12,742 nucleotides of DNA from Myxococcota bacterium (lineage in GTDB: Bacteria > Myxococcota_A > Bradymonadia > Bradymonadales > GCA-2716585), in the NCBI GenBank assembly GCA_963169075.1, contig CAUJGC010000551.1:1-12742 (forward strand), given 5' to 3'. Of the stretch, positions 8,426 to 12,742 are shown piece by piece. Under the pieces are notes generated by a model that was not told where the DNA came from, made no database searches, and saw only the letters and a program-made list of their open reading frames with translations. The position numbers and the translations under genes were made by a program. Each line of letters opens with the position of its first letter. Positions within the stretch are counted from its first letter, which is position 1.

Positions 8426-8761
8426 CTAGCCGACGTAGTAGCTGTCCCAGGAGGTGGGGAAGAGGCCCTCGAAGAGGGCGGGGTCGCGGGCGGTGAGGGT
8501 GAAGTAGGTGGAGGAGCGGTTGGGGGTCTTGAAGCGGACGGAGGTGATGTGGGCCTGGAGGGCGTGCTCGCCGCCTTCGGTGAGCAGGTCCCCGAGGCGT
8601 CCCTCGGGGGAGTCGCAGGCGGTGTAGGCGTCTGCGAGGAACATGGCGCCCCAGCCGGGGTTGCCGTTGTAGACATTCTTGTCGTTGAGGCTCTCGAACC
8701 AGCCGTGGAGGGTGTTTCCGTCGATCGCTTCAATGCGCAGCTCACCGAGTTGGGTGGCCAT
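8426..8761 (-). CDS. Hypothetical protein, 111 aa, no family recognised
   Basis: - Clean ATG with GGAG 8-11 nt upstream.
- Strongly C-ending codon usage, identical in style to rtcR on the same strand.
- Globular-looking composition (GNTLHGWFESLNDKNVYNGNPGWGAMFLADAYTACD...).
- Lies 55 bp upstream of rtcR on the same strand. Confidence 0.6.
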   Translation of the reverse strand: MATQLGELRIEAIDGNTLHGWFESLNDKNVYNGNPGWGAMFLADAYTACDSPEGRLGDLLTEGGEHALQAHITSVRFKTPNRSSTYFTLTARDPALFEGLFPTSWDSYYVG

Positions 8762-8763
8762 AG

Positions 8764-8787
8764 CCGTGCTCCGTACCGTGCTCCGTA
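8764..8787. repeat. Perfect tandem direct repeat 2 x 12 bp (CCGTGCTCCGTA CCGTGCTCCGTA) in the rtcR-side/rtcA divergent intergenic region
   Basis: Seen directly at 8764-8775 and 8776-8787. It lies 2 nt upstream (minus-strand sense) of the ATG of the 111-aa gene, and the repeat supplies that gene's GGAG RBS. Confidence 0.7.
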
Positions 8788-8961
8788 GGTTTGAGGTGGC
8801 GGCGCGCGGGGGCGCGCCAGGGTCATGACGACGTTAGAGGCGCTCTGGGGTGGGCGTCAAGGTTCCGCCGTGTCGCGTGGGGGGTGGGCCGGGGGGATTG
8901 TGGAGGTGAGGAGGGATGGAGTAGGGTGGCGGCGAGCGTGGGGGTGTATGGAGAGGTGGTC

Positions 8962-10005
8962 ATGCTGAAGATCGATGGCGCGATGGGGGAGGGTGGGGGG
9001 CAGGTGCTGCGGACGTCGCTGACGCTCTCGTTGGTGACGGGGACGCCGTTTGAGATCGAGGGGATCCGGGCGAACCGGAGCCGCCCGGGGCTGCTGCGTC
9101 AGCACCTGACGGCGGTGGAGGCGGCGGCGGCGGTGGGCGGTGCGGTGGTGGAGGGGGCGGAGCTGCGCTCGTCGTCGCTGCGCTTTGCGCCGAAGGGGCT
9201 GCGGGCGGGGGAGTATCACTTCGCGGTGGGGACGGCGGGCTCGGCGGGGCTGGTGTTCCAGACGGTGATGCCAGCGCTCTTGAAGGCGTCGGGTCCGTCG
9301 CGGCTGGTGCTGGAGGGCGGGACGCACAACCCGTCGGCGCCGCCCTTTGAGTTTCTGGCGTCGGCGTATGCGCCGCTGGTGCGTCGGCTGGGCGGGGGGC
9401 TGGAGCTGGAGCTGGAGCGTCCGGGCTTCTATCCGGCGGGTGGCGGGCGCTTTGTGGCGCGGATCACGCCGCCTGCGGGGGGGGAGCTGCGCCCGCTGGC
9501 GCTGCTGGAGCGGGGCGGCGAGGTGGAGGAGCGGGAGGCGTGCGCGCTGGTGGCGCACCTGCCGCGGTCGATCGGGGAGCGCGAGGCGCGGAAGCTGGTG
9601 GATCTGCTGGGGTGGCCGGGCGGGGAGGTGCGGGTGGAGGAGGCGGAGTCGTCGGCGGGTCCGGGGAACTGCGTGTGGATCCGGGCGAAGTGGCCGTATG
9701 TGACGGAGGTTTTTTCGGGGTTCGGGGAGAAGGGGGTGAAGGCGGAGGATGTGGCGAAGGCGGCTGTGGACGCGTACCGCCACTATCTGAGCGTGGACGC
9801 GCCGGTGGGGGTGCACATGACGGATCAGCTGATGTTGTTGTTGGCGTTGGCGGGTGCGGGTCGCTTCCGCTCGTTGCCGCCGTCGCTGCACGCGCGGACG
9901 AACGCGGAGGTGATCAGCCGCTTTCTGCCGGTGGACGTGCGCTTTGAGGCGGAGGAGGGTCCAGGGCGGGTGTGGAGCGTGCGGGTGGTGAGCCGTGAGG
10001 CGTAG
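8962..10005 (+). CDS. rtcA: RNA 3'-terminal phosphate cyclase RtcA, 347 aa
   Basis: - Alignment to E. coli RtcA: [55 protein letters not shown] (E. coli: [52 protein letters not shown]).
- Also [26 protein letters not shown].
- GGAGAGG RBS upstream of the ATG at 8962.
- Stop TAG at 10003-10005. Confidence 0.93.
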   Translation: [347 protein letters not shown]

Positions 10006-10045
10006 GCGCCAGGTGGTTTATTTTCATCGTTGGGAGGTGTGAGGG

Positions 10046-11410
10046 ATGAGCACGTCGCGGGTGTTGAGGAGTCGTCAGGTGGTGCTCGCGGAGGGCGTCG
10101 CTCCGGCGTCGATCCATCTGGGGGAGGATGGCTTGATCGCGCATGTGGGGTCCTGGGACGAGACGCTTGGGCTACCGGTGGAGGACTTTGGGGAGCTGGC
10201 GATCCTGCCGGGGCTGGTGGACACGCACGTGCATATCAACGATCCGGGTCGGGACACCTGGGAGGGGTTTGAGACGGCGACGAAGGCGGCGGCGGCGGGC
10301 GGGATCACGACGCTGGTGGACATGCCGCTGAACAGCGTGCCGGCGACGACGTCGATGGCGGGGTTGGCGGCGAAGCGGGCGGCGGCGGAGGGGCGCTGCT
10401 GGGTGGACGTGGGGGTGTGGGGCGGGGTGGTGCCTGGGAACGCCTGCGAGCTGGGGCCGCTGATCGAGGCGGGGGTGCTTGGGTTCAAGGCGTTCATGGT
10501 GCCATCGGGGGTGGCGGAGTTTGAGCATGTGGGGGAGGCGGAGCTGCGGGCGGTGGCGCCGATCCTGGCGGAGCTTGGGGTGCCGCTCTTGATCCACGCG
10601 GAGTCGCCGGAGGCGATCGACGCGGCGGCGTCGCGGGCGGAGGGGTTGAGCGCGGAGGAGCGCCGCCTCTACCGGAGCTATATGCAGACGCGCCCGGACG
10701 AGGCGGAGGTGGACGCGATCGCGTTCCTGCTGGAGCTGGCGGAGGTGCACCGGGTGCGCATCCACATCGTCCACCTGGCGACGCAGCGGGCGATCTTCCG
10801 GCTGGACGAGGCGCGCCAGGATGGGTTGCCGGTGACGGTGGAGACCTGCCCGCACTACCTCTATTTTTCGGATCGCCAGATCCCGGACGGGGCGACGGAG
10901 TTCAAGTGCGCGCCGCCGATCCGGGATGAGTCCAACCGGCTGGGGCTCTGGGAGGGGCTGCGGAGCGGGGTGATCGATCTGGTGGCGAGCGATCACTCGC
11001 CGTCACCGCCTGCGCTGAAGTGTCAGGAGACGGGGGACTTCATGGCGGCGTGGGGTGGGATCGCGTCGTTGCAGGTGGGGCTCTCGGTGATGTGGACGGA
11101 GGGTCGTCGCCGGGGGTTCGGGCTGGCGGATGTGGCGCGATGGATGGCGCAGCGGCCTGCGGAGCTGGCGGGGCTGGGGGATCGGGGGGTGATCGCGGCG
11201 GGGCGCCGTGCGGATCTCTGCGTGTTTGATCCGGAGGCGGAGTGGGTGGTGGACGGCGCGCAGCTGCACCATCGCCACAAGCTGACGCCGTACCACGGTC
11301 AGGCGGTGCGGGGGCGGGTGATGGCGACGCTGCTGGGCGGAGAGACGGTGTATGCGAACGGCGCCTTGACGGCGCTGCCTCGGGGGAGGATGTTGCGTCG
11401 TCAGGCGTGA
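10046..11410 (+). CDS. allB: Allantoinase (cyclic amidohydrolase superfamily), 454 aa
   Basis: - Alignment to E. coli AllB: PGLVDTHVHINDPGRDTWEGFETATKAAAAGGITTLVDMPLNSVPATT (AllB: [48 protein letters not shown]).
- Also CPHYLYF, CAPPIRDESN, SDHSPSPP, AWGGIASLQ.
- GGGAGG RBS 8 nt upstream. Confidence 0.88.
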   Translation: MSTSRVLRSRQVVLAEGVAPASIHLGEDGLIAHVGSWDETLGLPVEDFGELAILPGLVDTHVHINDPGRDTWEGFETATKAAAAGGITTLVDMPLNSVPATTSMAGLAAKRAAAEGRCWVDVGVWGGVVPGNACELGPLIEAGVLGFKAFMVPSGVAEFEHVGEAELRAVAPILAELGVPLLIHAESPEAIDAAASRAEGLSAEERRLYRSYMQTRPDEAEVDAIAFLLELAEVHRVRIHIVHLATQRAIFRLDEARQDGLPVTVETCPHYLYFSDRQIPDGATEFKCAPPIRDESNRLGLWEGLRSGVIDLVASDHSPSPPALKCQETGDFMAAWGGIASLQVGLSVMWTEGRRRGFGLADVARWMAQRPAELAGLGDRGVIAAGRRADLCVFDPEAEWVVDGAQLHHRHKLTPYHGQAVRGRVMATLLGGETVYANGALTALPRGRMLRRQA

Positions 11411-11462
11411 GGCGCGCGGGGCGCAGGTTGTTGAAGGTGAGATGACACGAGGTGGAGGTGCT

Positions 11463-12582
11463 ATGGATTTCTCGGGGCTGCTGGACCTGGCGTCGGAGAA
11501 GCTGGGGGGGATGGTGGAGTATGCGACGGACGACTTCTTCGCGGAGAAGGAGAACCTGATCAAGGCGAGCGAGCCGGTGTGGAAGGAGGGGGTCTACACG
11601 GATCGCGGGAAGTGGATGGACGGTTGGGAGTCGCGCCGGAAGCGGGTGGCGGGGCACGACTGGGCGATCATCCGGCTGGGGCTGCCGGGGGTGATCCGGG
11701 GGGTGGTGGTGGACACGACGTTCTTCACGGGGAACTACCCGGCGTCGTGCTCCATTGAGGCGGCGAGCGTGGAGGGGTGTCCTTCGACGGCGGAGCTGCT
11801 CTCGGAGGGGGTGGAGTGGTTTGAGGTGGTGCCGAAGACGGGGCTGAAGGGGGACACGAAGAACGTGATCGAGGCGCGCTGCGAGCGTCGGGTGACGCAC
11901 CTGCGGCTGCACATCTACCCGGACGGCGGCGTGGCGCGGCTGCGGGTCTACGGCGAGGGGGTGCCGGAGTGGCCGCGGCTGCTGCGGAGCGGCGGGGAGG
12001 TGGATCTGGCGGCGGCGGAGCACGGCGGGCGCGCGGTGGGCGCGAACGACGCGCACTACGGTGCGCCGGTGAACCTGATCATGCCGGGGCGCGGGGTGAA
12101 CATGGGGGACGGGTGGGAGACGCGTCGTCGTCGGGGGCCGGGGCACGACTGGGCGATCCTGGCGCTGGCGGCGCCGGGGACGATCTCGACGGTGGAGGTG
12201 GACACGAACCACTTCAAGGGGAACTACCCGGATCGCTGCTCGATCGACGTGTGCTACGCGCCGGGCGCGGACTGGATGACGCTGAACGGGGAGCTGGTGG
12301 AGTGGCGTCCGCTGCTGCCGGAGGTGAAGCTCCAGGCCCACGCGCGTCACTTCTTCCATCGGGAGGTGGCGTCGCACGGCGTGGTGACGCATGCGCGGCT
12401 GCGGATCGTGCCGGACGGCGGGGTGAGCCGGCTGCGGCTGCTGGGGCGTGTGGCGGAGGAGGCTCGGGAGCGGCTGGTGCTGCGCTGGCTGAACACGCTG
12501 AGCGCGCCGGCGTTCCGGGAGGTGGTGCGGGCGTGCTGCGGCTCGTCGGCGTGGTGCGCGGGGCTGGAGGCGCGGCGCCCCC
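11463..12582 (+). CDS. alc: Allantoicase (two allantoicase repeats) continuing in frame into the N-terminus of an OHCU decarboxylase domain; 3' end lost in poly-G tract
   Basis: - I translated this myself; it is not in the ORF track because no stop occurs before the window end.
- MDFSGLLDLASEKLGG...GKWMDGWESRRKRVAGHDWAIIRLGLPGVIRGVVVDTTFFTGNYP...RLHIYPDGGVARLRVYG...MGDGWETRRRRGPGHDWAILALAAPG...VDTNHFKGNYP...RLRIVPDGGVSRLRLLG matches Pseudomonas Alc closely.
- After the second repeat comes LNTLSAPAFREVVRACCGSSAWCAGLEARRP, the signature OHCU decarboxylase start (CCGSxRWAxxMxxxRPF).
- GGAGG sits 6 nt upstream of the ATG.
- The sequence beyond ~12582 is an unreliable G-tract. Confidence 0.8.

Positions 12583-12742
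<160 letters not shown>

Noticed and set aside
8371-8826. N-terminal 152-codon extension of the rtcR ORF (MTLARPRAPPPQTYGAR...PTRPY)
   Set aside because: P/S/T/A low-complexity with no homology. The RtcR alignment begins at MPRRKLVMIG (8370), and the extension would overlap the separate 111-aa gene.
8791-8961. Upstream extension of the rtcA ORF (MRWRRAGARQGHDD...), plus 8549..8788 +, 8857..9891 -, 9347..9703 +, 9540..9947 +
   Set aside because: The extension lies in the divergent intergenic region and has no coding character. The RtcA alignment and RBS begin at 8962. The others are antisense or off-frame shadows of rtcA.
8762-8961. Candidate sigma-54 promoter TGGCGGCGCGCGGGGGC (8797-8813)
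   Set aside because: It matches only TGGC of the -24 box. It has no GC dinucleotide at the -12 position and no TTGC.
11442-11462. Alternative upstream ATG (11442) for allantoicase, giving MTRGGGAMDFSG...
   Set aside because: Its only SD-like element (AAGGTG) ends 2-3 nt before that ATG. ATG 11463 has GGAGG at a 6-nt spacing and aligns with the start of Pseudomonas Alc.
9914-11563. ORFs 9914..10144 -, 10030..10272 +, 10075..10497 -, 10143..10331 +, 10172..10996 -, 11003..11563 -, 11020..11229 +, 11023..11280 -, 11242..11445 +
   Set aside because: Shadows overlapping the allantoinase CDS or the rtcA/allB/alc junctions. The translations are R/P/H-rich or G/A-rich low-complexity.

Overview
High-GC (~70%) bacterial DNA. 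The gene content (a bacterial major vault protein, a Kv-type channel, a sigma-54 enhancer-binding protein) loosely suggests a Myxococcota-like source, but that is speculation. I can support 11 CDSs.

- A major vault protein (MVP) homolog lies on the minus strand (65-2830), apparently one continuous gene with its own RBS.
- Divergently from it there is a 6TM voltage-gated K+ channel with a TVGYGD filter, an Arg-repeat S4 helix and a C-terminal CxxC...CxxC zinc ribbon.
- A DUF99/UPF0215-like gene (minus) sits convergent to the channel. It is divergent from a DUF1963 (YwqG-like) gene, which is followed by a MaoC-like hotdog dehydratase and a possible small membrane ORF.
- rtcR (CARF + sigma-54 AAA+ + HTH) is on the minus strand, preceded on the same strand by an unrecognised 111-aa gene.
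- Divergently, rtcA is followed by allantoinase and then an allantoicase whose reading frame continues into the N-terminal CCGSxxW motif of an OHCU decarboxylase. No rtcB is present in the window.
- The last ~160 bp (12583-12742) are an almost pure poly-G tract that truncates this last ORF and looks like a sequencing or assembly artefact.

I recognised no rRNA, tRNA, CRISPR array or IS element. Many long ORFs in the supplied track are antisense shadows of real genes, which is typical for GC-rich DNA, and were rejected. All family assignments rest on motif recall and by-eye alignment to remembered reference proteins; no database search was run.
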